Shown piece after piece: positions 38,816-50,118 of a stretch of 64,000 nucleotides of DNA. Within the stretch, counting starts at the first letter, position 1; every line of letters starts with the position of its first letter. Under the pieces are notes generated by a model. The model saw nothing but the letters and a program-made list of their open reading frames with translations, was not told the DNA's origin and did no database searches. The DNA comes from Lytechinus pictus. Lineage: Eukaryota. The translations under genes and the position numbers were made by a program. The stretch lies in the NCBI RefSeq assembly GCF_037042905.1, contig NC_087251.1:12030001-12094000 (forward strand), written 5' to 3'.

Positions 38816-39471
38816 GGACACGAGAGGTAGAAATGGAGAGACAAAATGCCAAGTCATCCTGCCAGAGCATAACTTCTGTCTCCATCCAGAGGCCAGTACA
38901 TGCCATTTACAATTATGGTAAAGTTGCCCTTAACTTCCATTGGAAACTTGATTATCATTGGCTGCTGAGCCCTGTTACCCTAGTAGTTACCATAATGGTC
39001 AAAGTCCTGTGCAGTCCGACCCAAGATCAAAGAGCAGGGCTGTTTACACAGCTGTTTGTACAGTTACTGACTTTACAAATGACTGGAATTAGAAGTGCTA
39101 AAGATTAAGCCAAAAGTCTTTCCTGATACCAGTATTTGTCTTGAATATGTGTTATATTTCATCAAAGCAAATAACATGCTTTGCACTGAGATGAATGTTA
39201 ACAGTTATAATGGAATGAACACGAGTATGTTCCACTTTGTAAAAATTTTCACAAAAAACCCAGAAACCCATTCTTTCTTTCCATATTCCAGTTATTTGTA
39301 AAGTTGTTCATGATTTACAAACGGCTTTACGAAACAACCCTAGAAGGTATTGACTCATAGACCAAGATGAGATACATACTGTCCTGCTGCTTGAAAGTTC
39401 AGTAATACTTATCATTCCAACATTCATAGAATGTAAAAGTACTTTAATTTCAAATCTTGTGGAAGACACGA

Positions 39472-39552
39472 TCAGGGTTTTGGTACGTCAGTGTGTAAAA
39501 GTCCATATTCATCTGCTGAATCCAACAGTGGACAGATAATTGAAGCTTCAAC
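39472..39552 (-). CDS. ERLEC1: ERLEC1 exon 10 (to stop)
   Basis: VEASIICPLLDSADEYGLLHTDVPKP*. Confidence 0.9.
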   Translation of the reverse strand, partial: VEASIICPLLDSADEYGLLHTDVPKP

Positions 39553-39704
39553 CTAAAAGAAAGATAATGGAATTGATAAGAGTAAGAATGAATGTTGGGG
39601 ATTGAGTAATAGGCAAACATACAATAAAGAAAAGGAAAGAACAGGATTCAGTCAAAGGGAATTTAATTTGATTTTCTTCAAAATGCACTATAAGAGATTC
39701 ATAT

Positions 39705-41068
39705 TAATAAAATAATAATAAAGGATTTGTATAGCAGACGTATCCACCTTGCTAGGTGCTCAAGGCGTTCCTATATTACCCCGGCTAAGCTGGTCTACCG
39801 ATTCTGGTGCGCACAGCTTTTTGAAGAATTACTTCCTGCCAGTACCCATTTACCTCACCTGGGTCGAGTGCAGCAGTGTGGATAAATTTCTTGCTGAAGG
39901 AAAACGCCATGCAGTCAGACTGCAGGTCCCAAGAAAGTGGCTTCTTTCATCCAAGTGATATTCATGACTTGAGATGTTTTGCATATTTAATGAGCTTGAT
40001 GCGGACCAAAACACCTCTTTTCATTCGGTCATTGCTGCTCTAATTATGCATCGAATTTCATGAATTTGGTACCATTGTAAAGAAGAAGAATCATTCTTTC
40101 AGGTCATGTGTTTGGAATTATTCAAAGATTTTGTAATATAGGTTAAAATTTTGATCTAAAATATGCTACAAAATAAATATTTTCACCTGACAAAAGCTGC
40201 TATTTTCACACTTTATTTTTGTTTGAGCCCAAATGATTTTTATATCATGATAAAGCTGAATATGTATGCTTTGAAATGATATAGGTTTCAAAATAAGAAT
40301 TGGTTTAATCGGGTCAAGATCACACTTTTCATTTGCCAAGTACATAAAGCAGCTTGAAAACAAGTATACTGCACTCTGATTGGTCAAAAAGACCACACAA
40401 TGGCAAATTCCAACGGTTCCAGTGCCTGGGTTCGTGGGAAGGTCACACTTCCCATGTGGTAATCTCCTCAAATACCCCGCGCCTGTTCTTCTGTGAACCT
40501 TATCCAGCCAATCAGAACTCTGGATTTCATGCAAGTACAAAATTTCAGAAATCTCGTCTTGTACCTTGGTGGGAAAAGTGTGATCTTGACCTGATTAAAA
40601 GGTGCCGCATATCAAGAGTGGCATTGTGAGAAAGTACAGAAGTTCAGCTTTATGGTGATATAGATATCATTGAGGCTCAAAATAAAAAGTTTTGCACAAT
40701 TTGCAAAAGAAAACAGAGGAAGAAAATTCAGTTTTGAGGCACAATTTCAGGCCAGAAATTTACTTATTTAACAAAATATTGTATACGAAATAAATGACCA
40801 ATATGAAAGAGTAACTTTTACTCTATCTGATGTTGCAATAATATTTCATTTAACTTGAGGTTAAAACAGGTAAATTCTTAGAGAAAGAAAATCTCACGAA
40901 TCACGAGATTTTGCAAGGAGGAGGATTCAGCCACGAGATGATTTGGATGAATCTGGCCTTTTTGCTCATTAGCATAGGGACCTGCGGTCTGACTGCATGG
41001 CTAGGATTCGAGCCCACGACCCTCTGTTTGAAATGTGGGAGTCAGAACCACTAGACCACGATGCACCC
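39705..41068 (-). mobile_element. tRNA-derived SINE interrupted by a DNA transposon
   Basis: 5' GGGTGCATCGTGGTCTAGTGG (A box), GGCTCGAATCC (B box); body continues left of 39908; (TAT)n tail at ~39705-39720. Confidence 0.75.
39912..40995. mobile_element. Non-autonomous DNA transposon with 4-bp CATG TSD
   Basis: CATG|CAGTCAGACTGCAGGTCCC ... GGGACCTGCGGTCTGACTG|CATG; internal IR ~40308-40330 / ~40573-40595. Confidence 0.8.
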
Positions 41069-41459
41069 AATGGCACATGGAAGCTGCAAATCCTGTATAG
41101 TTGTCTATTTCTTAGATTCAGGGTGAGATATTCTTTTTCACAGCCCTCTTTTAATTGAATATTCAGTAGGTGAGGTGACTGGATTAATGGTTTAAAGATT
41201 ACCCCAAATAGTTTCTAACTCATGGGGCCCACTTTATAAGATAAATTTTGTCAGGTGTTCAAAATATTGTGAAATGTTTTACAGAGAGAAGTATGACCTA
41301 AGGTTGTTCTTAAGCACCAACAGCACAATATCTAACATGTATTTGGCATGTTTTCCATCAGCATGAAATAAAAGCCTCTATCTTAAATATCGTTCAATTT
41401 GAACCTTGTACCATAGAAGGTTTAATAAGTAAAGCTATTTTACTGGAATTCCTACTTAC

Positions 41460-41619
41460 CCCTAAAATATAATCACACGTATATGGTTCTACAAGATATA
41501 TGGTGACAGCGTGCTGACCCAGCGATTCCTTGCATTTCAATTTCACCTGAACTTGGCGAGGTTTCCCTGTTAAATCACACATATCACCTCCAGAATAAAA
41601 ATGAGTGACTTGTTTGGTA
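41460..41619 (-). CDS. ERLEC1: ERLEC1 exon 9
   Basis: [29 protein letters not shown]...CDYILG; GT-AG. Confidence 0.92.
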
Positions 41620-42391
41620 CTGCAATACAGGAAAAAATGTAAATATATTGTGTTAAAAGGAGACAAACTGGGAATGAATTTGAGCTAGAAGATTAATGAA
41701 GGCATGATCTACATACAAATTGATTTGACAACCAAAGGTATCATTTGAAAAGATAGATTGCAAATACAGCTTTTTGGCTGTGAAAATGATAAATTGGAAA
41801 ATATTGAGAATTTTTTTTTCAAAACCTGCAAATTTTCATGTACAGTATGAATTTAAAGTAATATTGAATCATTTGTGACACTAAAAATGCAATGATGGGC
41901 AATACCGGGTACATGATAAATCATCTCTCCAAATATTGTAAGGAAAGGGGCCGGCTTCATCACACTTCAGAAAACAGTGTTTCCATGGACACCAATGAGA
42001 TAGAATCATGGAAAAGTAGACAGTATACCCACATGTAACCATAATCCAACTCACCAGGGCCTTGGGGCAATTTCATAAAACAATTTTTTTGTCCATTCGA
42101 CCTCCTTTTTTCTTCTTTCATTTTTTTAAACTTCATTTGAGAGCCTTACAACTTTTCATATGAAGCACATTAAGCAGAGACAGATCCTTTCAGGAAGGTT
42201 CCTCATACAGGTGATTGGAAATTGACCGGGGGGGGGGGGGGATATATAAGTATGAACCCTAACCACTCCAACGTTCTCCCTCCCCTCCCCCCCTCCTTTC
42301 ATTGCCTAATAATAATACAGATCACAGACGATTCATAGAAATATCTCATATCATGCAGCCCTGGTATAGATAATGTTGTCCTACTTCTTAC

Positions 42392-42492
42392 CTTGTTGAA
42401 GATTTTGTCTTTGTTTTGGCATCAGCCCACCATTTTTTATGAGCATCTTCATCCCAAGCACCTAGTAATAGTATTGTTTTCCCCGTTTTATC
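42392..42492 (-). CDS. ERLEC1: ERLEC1 exon 8
   Basis: DKTGKTILLLGAWDEDAHKKWW...; phase-2 donor. Confidence 0.9.
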
Positions 42493-43076
42493 CTATAAAA
42501 AAGTTTATATAAAAACATGGGATTGTTTGAGTTTGGAATAACAAAGGTAATGACAAAGAATGACAACTGATTTCTATATCTCTTCTGCGATCACATTACA
42601 GATAAAGGCATTGGCCAAATATCATTATGTTAAATAATAAGTTAAAATGTATTGACAAGAAATCTCTTTACCACTATTGAATTGAATGTTTCTTTTGGAA
42701 TTTTTGAATACTGAAAGTCATATAATGCCTGTAAATACAATATGATGATCATACGCGATCATGCAAATAAATTATTTTGAAGTTCTAATTCTAATAAAGT
42801 GGAAACTTACATGCATACAAATATTAAAATGAGGTTGAAAGAGAAATTAACTAATAAAGGTAATAGTGAAAGAAAGAAAAGAGGGAAAGAATGAGAAATA
42901 GAGATACACAGGGGGTAGAAGAAGACAGAGGAGGGAGAAGAAGAGAGATAGAGAGGAAATTATATAGAGAGAAATGGGTGGGGAAAAAAAACAGACAAAG
43001 ATAAAATGGTGATAGAAAGGGAGAAATGAATGTGTAGAAAGAGAAAAAACAAGAGAACTTATCATTAATCGCCTAC

Positions 43077-43265
43077 CTGATGATATTGCTGAGCATATTT
43101 TCCATAACAGAATTCAAACTTCCACCATCCCTGGCCACCGTTGAGGCAGTAGTCTCCCCGTAGAAAGTCTCTCAACAGCTGGTCATCGGCCAGAGATGTG
43201 ACTGGTCCTCTTGTAGCTCTGTCCACTGATTGGATCATTTTTGTTTCAGTATCTGTCTCAGCTTG
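43077..43265 (-). CDS. ERLEC1: ERLEC1 exon 7
   Basis: QAETD...DQLLRDFLRGDYCLNGGQGWWKFEFCYGKYAQQYHQ; acceptor position less certain. Confidence 0.85.
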
Positions 43266-44128
43266 CTTTATTAATACAAACATACAAATGGCAATCATTG
43301 TCTTGTGTCTTGAATGAGAACTGACTGTGCATATCTCAGTTATAATAGATCATGGTAATGAACAATTTCTTAGAAGTGTGGCTACAGAGTTCATATGCCT
43401 GATCATGGTAGCCAAGTATATGCAACTATTCGGAAGATTTAGATTAGCGGTATAAAATTATCATCATACGTGTTGATTATTTCCATTCTCGCCACTCTGG
43501 AGGCTTGACATTCATTATCCTTATGTTCTCTCCTCCATGTGCATTTGATTCCTGATAGAAGATGTAAAGTTCTTGTAAAGATTAAATCAATTTTGTTCAC
43601 TTTCAAATAATTGTTCATACTATCTATAAAGCAAGAATAATTCAACCAACCTACCATCATATTCAAACTATGACAAAACGCCTAAAAGTGCTTAGCAAGA
43701 ACAGCTCAGTTTTATTCTGGCTCATGGCCTAGTGGTAGAGTCACTTCTTGTCAAGATGACTTAATCTCACTGGTTCCACCAATTTCTGACATATTTTCAA
43801 GTAAAAATCAAGCATCCAAATCTTCCTAAACTAATAGTTTTCACATCAGAAAGGAAGGTGAATATACGTAAGCATTAGAGCAAAACTTTTTAATAAAATA
43901 TGAGGAAATATGTTTTATCCATTATTTTTTTAAATCTTGATATTGTTCAGAAATTTTTCATTAAATTGAGTAGTGGACATTGGTTGATTGTTGTAAGTTT
44001 ATTCATTGTTTTCAAATTTCATCAAACTTTTACCTGAATGACAGTACATATTTTGGCTTTGCTTTAATGTCCTTCCCAGTAACCTCTCCCCACTAAGCCT
44101 AAGCATCCCAAGAGGAGAAAGAAGGTAC

Positions 44129-44249
44129 CTTTGGTTGATTCACATGATGTATATTGTCTTTTCTTGTAAGAGCTTCATATGCTTCAGGAAGAACAGGTGA
44201 ACCATCCATAGCATGGCACTGAATCATATTGATCGGAGATTCCTTCAAT
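44129..44249 (-). CDS. ERLEC1: ERLEC1 exon 6
   Basis: LKESPINMIQCHAMDGSPVLP...; phases match neighbouring exons. Confidence 0.88.
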
Positions 44250-44745
44250 CTGCTCAAAAGAAACCATTTTCAAAGAATAACTTCCCCATAAAATTTAGAG
44301 TGTATACCAATAACAAAGTTCTGAGTACAGTAGCTAATGCTTGGCATTGATAAGATGATTCATGAAACACAACAAAAACCTAACACAGAGATACTCCTTA
44401 GATTTTAAATCTAACTGAAAGTAGATTTGAAATTGTTGACCTGGGACTCAAAAAATACAATTCATGATTGGTTGTAGAGTTGTTTTTTATGATTGCTGTA
44501 TTGTTCATTATATTTAATCAATCATGTAAGATCAATCAATAAGCTTCCTGTTAGAGGCCCTCATCAACCTCCGTCTTCTTATTTCCAACCAAAGTTCTCA
44601 AGTTACTGGGATTCGTTTACGACATTTAGAAAAAAAATCCACTTATTACAAGGATTTTTTTTTGTGACAATCAAACTCAACCACTAGAAACCCAACTTAT
44701 CATTTCAAAGATTCCTGGACTATATGCATCACTGACCATTGGTAA

Positions 44746-45665
44746 AACAAGTGGAATGCCTCTGGCGGTCTCACCTGCATCACGCGATTCAATATAGCAG
44801 CAGTGCTGACTTTGAAAACTACTATAACTCGCACAAGATGTTCAGTGATACTTGGTTACTCTTATGTCCACGTTTTATGAACTAGACCAATACACTTACA
44901 GAGATATGATGGTAGTTCAACAAATACCCCCAACATGGCCAAAGTTCATTGACCCTAAATGACATTTGACCTTAATCATGTGACCTAAAACTTGCACAGG
45001 ATGTTCAGTGATACTTGATTACTATTATGTCCAAGTTTCATGAATCAGATCCATAAACTTTCAAAGTTATGATGGTAATTCAACAGATACCCCCATTATG
45101 GCCAAAGTTAATTGACCTTTGACCTTGGTCATGTGACCTGAAATGCGCACAGGATGTTCAGTGATACTTGATTACTCGTATGTCCAATTTGTATGAACTA
45201 GACCAATATACTTTCAAAGTTATGATGGTAATTCAACAAATACCCCCAATTTGGCCAAAGTTCATTGACCCTAAATGACCTTTGACCTTACTCATGTGAC
45301 CTGAAACTTGCACAGGATGTTCAGTGATACTTGATTACTATTATGTCCAAGTTTCATGAATCAGATCCATATACTTATGATGGTAATTCAAAAACTTAAC
45401 CTTAGGTTAAGATCCCCCAACATGGTCTAAGTTCATTGACCCTAAATGACCTTTGACCTCAGTCATGTGACATGAAAATAAGGCAGGATGTTCAGTAATA
45501 CTTGATTAACCTTATGGCAAAGTTTCATGAACTAGGTCCATATACTTTCTAAGTTATGCTGTCATTTCAAAAACTTAACCTTTGGTTAGGATTTGGTGTT
45601 GACGCCGCCGCTGCCGTCGGAAAAGCGGCGCCTTTAGTCTCACTCTGCTATGCATGAGACAAAAA
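44746..45665 (+). mobile_element. Helentron-derived non-autonomous element (HINE-like) with ~155-175-bp internal tandem repeats
   Basis: AACAAG start; subTIR GTCTCACCTGCA / TGCATGAGAC; about 5 units containing GATGTTCAGTGATACTTG and TGACCTTTGACC; (GCC)n and a terminal stem before AAAAA. Confidence 0.7.
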
Positions 45666-45720
45666 CCCAAAGCCCCCAAATTCTGATGGAAAGAACTGGA
45701 AAGCTAGAAAGACATGAAGA

Positions 45721-47733
45721 AAACTAGCACATCAATGATGTGGAGCTCATCCAGCATCTCGCAACAAAATTTAACATAATTTTGATTTCAGCCCAGTTGA
45801 CACTACAGTGAATTATATTGGTGACATAAATTGAGGATATAGAATTGAAATTGATGAAGAAATGACATAGAAGCATTTTTTATGATCTATGAATAAATTT
45901 CATATAAATTAAGCATAAATAATTTTCTAGTCAAATTTTTTTTTTTTTTTTTTTTTTTTTGGTGAACCTCATGTAGCTCTCAGATGGAACAAAAATAATA
46001 AAAATCAATCAACAAATAAATAAGTAATTTTTGTGAGTTTTGAAAATATATGAATGAATTAGCATATTTAATGAGTTTCAAAATTCTGTGTTGAAATTTT
46101 GTATCACCACCTCGAGCTATCATATAAAGCAAACAAAATTGAAATTGATCAACAAATGAAGAAGAAAAAACGTTTTTTTGTGATTAATGAATAGATTTTG
46201 CATAAATTAGCATAAATAATTTTCTAGACAAAATTTCAAAATTTTTTGTACAAGTTTGGTGAACCTCATGCAGCTCTACTAGAAGGAAGAAAAAATCAAA
46301 ATCTGTCAACAAATAAAGAAGAAGAGGCATTTTCTGTGATTTATGAATAAATTTTGCATAAATTAGCATAAATAATTTTCTAGACTAAATTTCAAAATTC
46401 TGTGTAGAAGTTTGGTGAACCTCATGAAGTTCTATCAGATGGAAGAAAAAAAATCAAAATCTGTCAACAAATAAAGAGGCATTTTCTGTGATTTATGAAT
46501 AAATTAGCATAAATAATTTTCTAGACAAAATTTCAAATTCTGTGTAGAAATTTGGTGAACCTTATGAAGTTCTATCAGATGGAAGAAAAAAAATCAAAAT
46601 CTGTCAACAAATAAAGAGGCATTTTCTGTGATTTATGAATAAATTAGCATAAATAATTTTCTAGACAAAATTTCAAATTCTGTGTAGAAATTTGGTGAAC
46701 CTCATGAAGTTCTACCAGATGGAAGAAAAAAAAAATCAAAATCGGTCAACAATTAAAGAAAATGCATTTTAAAGGAGAATGAAACCCTTGAAACCAGCTG
46801 AATCCATATCAAAGAGAAAAATCAAAGAAACATATTGTTGAAAGTTTGAGGAAGATTGAATGAATAATAAGAGCATTTGAATATTGAGATCACTAATGCC
46901 ATGTAGATCCTCCCATTGGCAATGCGACCAAGATCTGTGATGTCACACACGTACAACTCCCTCATTACTTTAGTACTTAATTCACTTATATTCTCACTTT
47001 TATAGAGTCTATCACAAGGTGAGGTGTTCTCTTAATGAGAGGACAAGTACAGAGGTTTCACAACATTATATCATTGATGAATCGTTTGTCATATGATTAG
47101 AATGAGCAAAAAGAGATGTTTTGGGGTATATTTTCAGTTTCCAAAAGGGGAGAGTTGTTCATCTGTGACATCATAGATCTTGGTCGCATTGCCAATAGGA
47201 GGATCTCCATAGCATTAGTGATCTCGACATTCAAATGCTCATAACTCTTCTATTGCTAGTTCTATTTTACTAAAACTTTTGTTGATCTTATTCTTTGATT
47301 TTTCTGCTTTCACAAAAGCTAACTTGCTCCAAGAGTTTCATTCTCCTTTAAGTGAATTTTTAAAAATATGCATAAATTAATTTTGCATAAATTAACATAA
47401 AAATTGTTCTGGTCAAAATTCAAAAATTCTGTGTAGAAGTTTGGTAAACCTCATGAAGCTCTACCAGTTGGAAGCAAAAAATTCAAAATAGGTCAACAAA
47501 TAAAGAAGAAGCATTTTTTGTGAATTTTGAAAAATGCGCATGAATTAGCATATTTAATGAATTTCAAAATTATGTGTAGAAGTTTTGAATCCCCCACCTA
47601 GTGCTATCATATAAAGCAAACAGATTTGAAATCAGACTTGAAATGGCGAAGAAGCATTTTGAAATTGTGGACGGACGAGACGCCACGCCACGGCATAAGC
47701 CCACTTGGCCCTTCGGGCCGGATGAGCTAAAAA
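45721..47733 (+). mobile_element. Second HINE-like element with AT-rich ~120-150-bp tandem repeats
   Basis: subTIR AGCTCATCC / GGATGAGCT; 3' GGACGGACG and hairpin GGCCCTTCGGGCC before AAAAA. Confidence 0.7.
46773..47347. mobile_element. Kolobok-type MITE nested in the HINE repeat array
   Basis: TTAA|AGGAGAATGAAAC ... GTTTCATTCTCCT|TTAA; about 200-bp TIRs. Confidence 0.85.
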
Positions 47734-47821
47734 TTAGAATAAAGAAAAAAAGATAAAGAGAGAAATAGGCAAAGAAAGTGTAGATATTGTTGGAAAATCA
47801 TGACAGAAAGATGGAACAAAC

Positions 47822-48045
47822 CTGTAGAGGGGATGACTACATAGATGTGTTGAGAAGAGAATTACTTCATATTCACATGTACTAGTTTCCTTCAAAGATA
47901 AGATGTCTCCTCGGCCATTCTTGTCACACACATACTTCACCCGGGTCATTCTTGGTGTATTGTCCTTCAGGTCACATGCAGTGCCATTACCCATGATGAC
48001 TTCAAAGTAGGGAATGTCCTTTCCGTCCAGGTATATTGTAGGCAC
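47822..48045 (-). CDS. ERLEC1: ERLEC1 exon 5
   Basis: VPTIYLDGKDIPYF...MGNGTACDL...CEYEVILFSTHLCSHPLY; phase-2 donor. Confidence 0.92.
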
Positions 48046-48345
48046 CTATACCACAAAATTTCAGTGAGATGTTTTTTTTTATACCAATTACAAGCAGAAT
48101 TACCATATATGCTGCAATTTAATGTATTTTAGGGGTGTTTTAACTCCTTTTCAGCCTCAAAAGCTCATTCAATTTGTATAATGCTGTCAGGTTTTTTTTT
48201 TAATACCTTCTAAATCAACAGTGCACCACCTGACTTTTCATAACAATTAACTTTTTTTAAATTTCTATTCATAATAGTTACAATAAACTTGTATGATAAT
48301 TTTCCTTCTTTATAAAATTAATGAAGAGGATGTATAAGTACTTAC

Positions 48346-48456
48346 TTTGATATCTTTTGCTGGACCTTTAATCGTTGACACATTCTGACTGGCAAACTTC
48401 TCATCCTGAGGGAATGCAAAGTCTTTTCCCAGAAAGAATTCTTGTCTCTTTGTGTC
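48346..48456 (-). CDS. ERLEC1: ERLEC1 exon 4
   Basis: DTKRQEFFLGK...KDIK; GT-AG, phase 0. Confidence 0.9.
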
Positions 48457-48923
48457 CTGTATTATAAATAAGGAGAATTAATTTAAAGAATACTTCATAT
48501 TGACAAAGTGTATGTACCTTACAGTTTTCATGAACAGTCATTGTGATCATAAATATTTAATTTGAGAAAAAAAAATATTAAAAAGATTTGACATCTGCAA
48601 AGAACTATTAGATCCCCACCACCATATAATGTTTTCTCTTTCTCTCTAATGACTGTTGGATTTATACAGCACTCCGCCAGAGGATACAAAGCGCAACCCC
48701 AGCTTTACCCAGTTGAAGCTGCCACTTGACATACACATAATCTGTCTATCTCCCTGTACCTTTCTATCTAACATTAGGAGTGTTTTTTTTCTGAATATTA
48801 ACTGATACATGTATATTACATGTATATGTTCGATTTAAATCAAACGTACGCAAACTTCTCTGTTATGTTGGATGCTTGTTCATTTCCTAATGTGCGTAAT
48901 ACAAAATGTGCTCAATTTCTTAC

Positions 48924-49001
48924 CCTTCCTGGTAGTTTTTCTTCATGAAACTGTCGTATGTGCATGCCGTGACATAGCTCATAGGTCCAATATGTTTCAA
49001 C
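48924..49001 (-). CDS. ERLEC1: ERLEC1 exon 3
   Basis: [26 protein letters not shown]. Confidence 0.93.
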
Positions 49002-49760
49002 CTGGACAGTATACACAATGTTAACAGAATATTAATCATATTCATTATAATATAATACATTAAATTCACCAAGAACTTTATCATTTGTACAATTACATGT
49101 AACAACACCAAAAGTAATATCATTATAGCCTCTACCTTACCCATCGTATATACTTACTGTATATTTTCTAAGATGATGATAGCTACAGTATCTATAGATG
49201 TCTGTGTTTAATTTTAAATCATGTCACATAATGTATTATGACTTTTTTAAACACATACACACATATATCCAATGTACAATAAAAAGAAATAAACAGATAA
49301 GTTTCCTTGATGGAATGCTCAGACATTAATGTTTAGTCAGGTGCCATATAGGCCACAACACCTCCACTACTAAGACATTTCATTTTCATTTACCAAGTTC
49401 AATATCATTCCCTTCCTTTGACAGTTTACCTACCCAACAAAAAATGAAAGCCGATTAAAAATACACACTATTAAAATTTTCCTATTTGAATTGAGGGACA
49501 TTGAATTTGACATGTCGATAGTCCTGCCAATATAAAGATTTAAGTGGTCATCTCCCTTACAACATTTCTGTTAACACTGACAAAATATATTGATGCAACA
49601 GAACTGGGCAACCAATGTGTAAAAATGAAGTTTTTCAAATTTGTCTTCATGTGTAATTTGCATCATTTCAAGGGCATCGAAAGTAAAGTTATTGGTCAAC
49701 CAAGTTATTGGGTAAAACCAATAAATGTAGTAATTTTGTCCAGAATGGATTAAGACTTAC

Positions 49761-49934
49761 CCTAAGGGTGCAGGATCCCCCTTTCAATAGAGGTTCCATT
49801 AGCTTATTGGCTGATGGACCATGATATGACAGAACATCTTGAGCATTGGGGTCATTTTCAGGTGGAACAATACACTGATATTGCTCATTGTTTGTCGTTG
49901 TCATGGTGAGAATGTTATCGGCATACTGCTCCAA
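49761..49934 (-). CDS. ERLEC1: ERLEC1 exon 2
   Basis: LEQYADNILTMTTTNNEQYQCIVP...SCTLR. Confidence 0.92.
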
Positions 49935-50003
49935 CTGCAAAAAGAAAAAAAAAATGATTTATAAAGTTGTGCTTTAAGTATTCATATCCCTATGTCGCAA
50001 ATA

Positions 50004-50118
50004 CACTACCAGTCAGTGTATTACCTGTAAAACCAGACAACAATAGATTCAGTAGACTGAATCTATTTTCCTAGTGTTTTACAGGTAATAGTGAGTTGAA
50101 GATAGCTGACTGGTAGTG
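50004..50118. mobile_element. Tiny palindromic CACTA-ended MITE, TA flanks
   Basis: TA|CACTACCAGTCAG ... CTGACTGGTAGTG|TA; almost fully self-complementary. Confidence 0.7.

Noticed and set aside
43439..43551. Extra ERLEC1 exon after acceptor-like CTTCTATCAG
   Set aside because: The required phase-0 frame stops after 24 codons, and exons 6 and 7 already join in frame.
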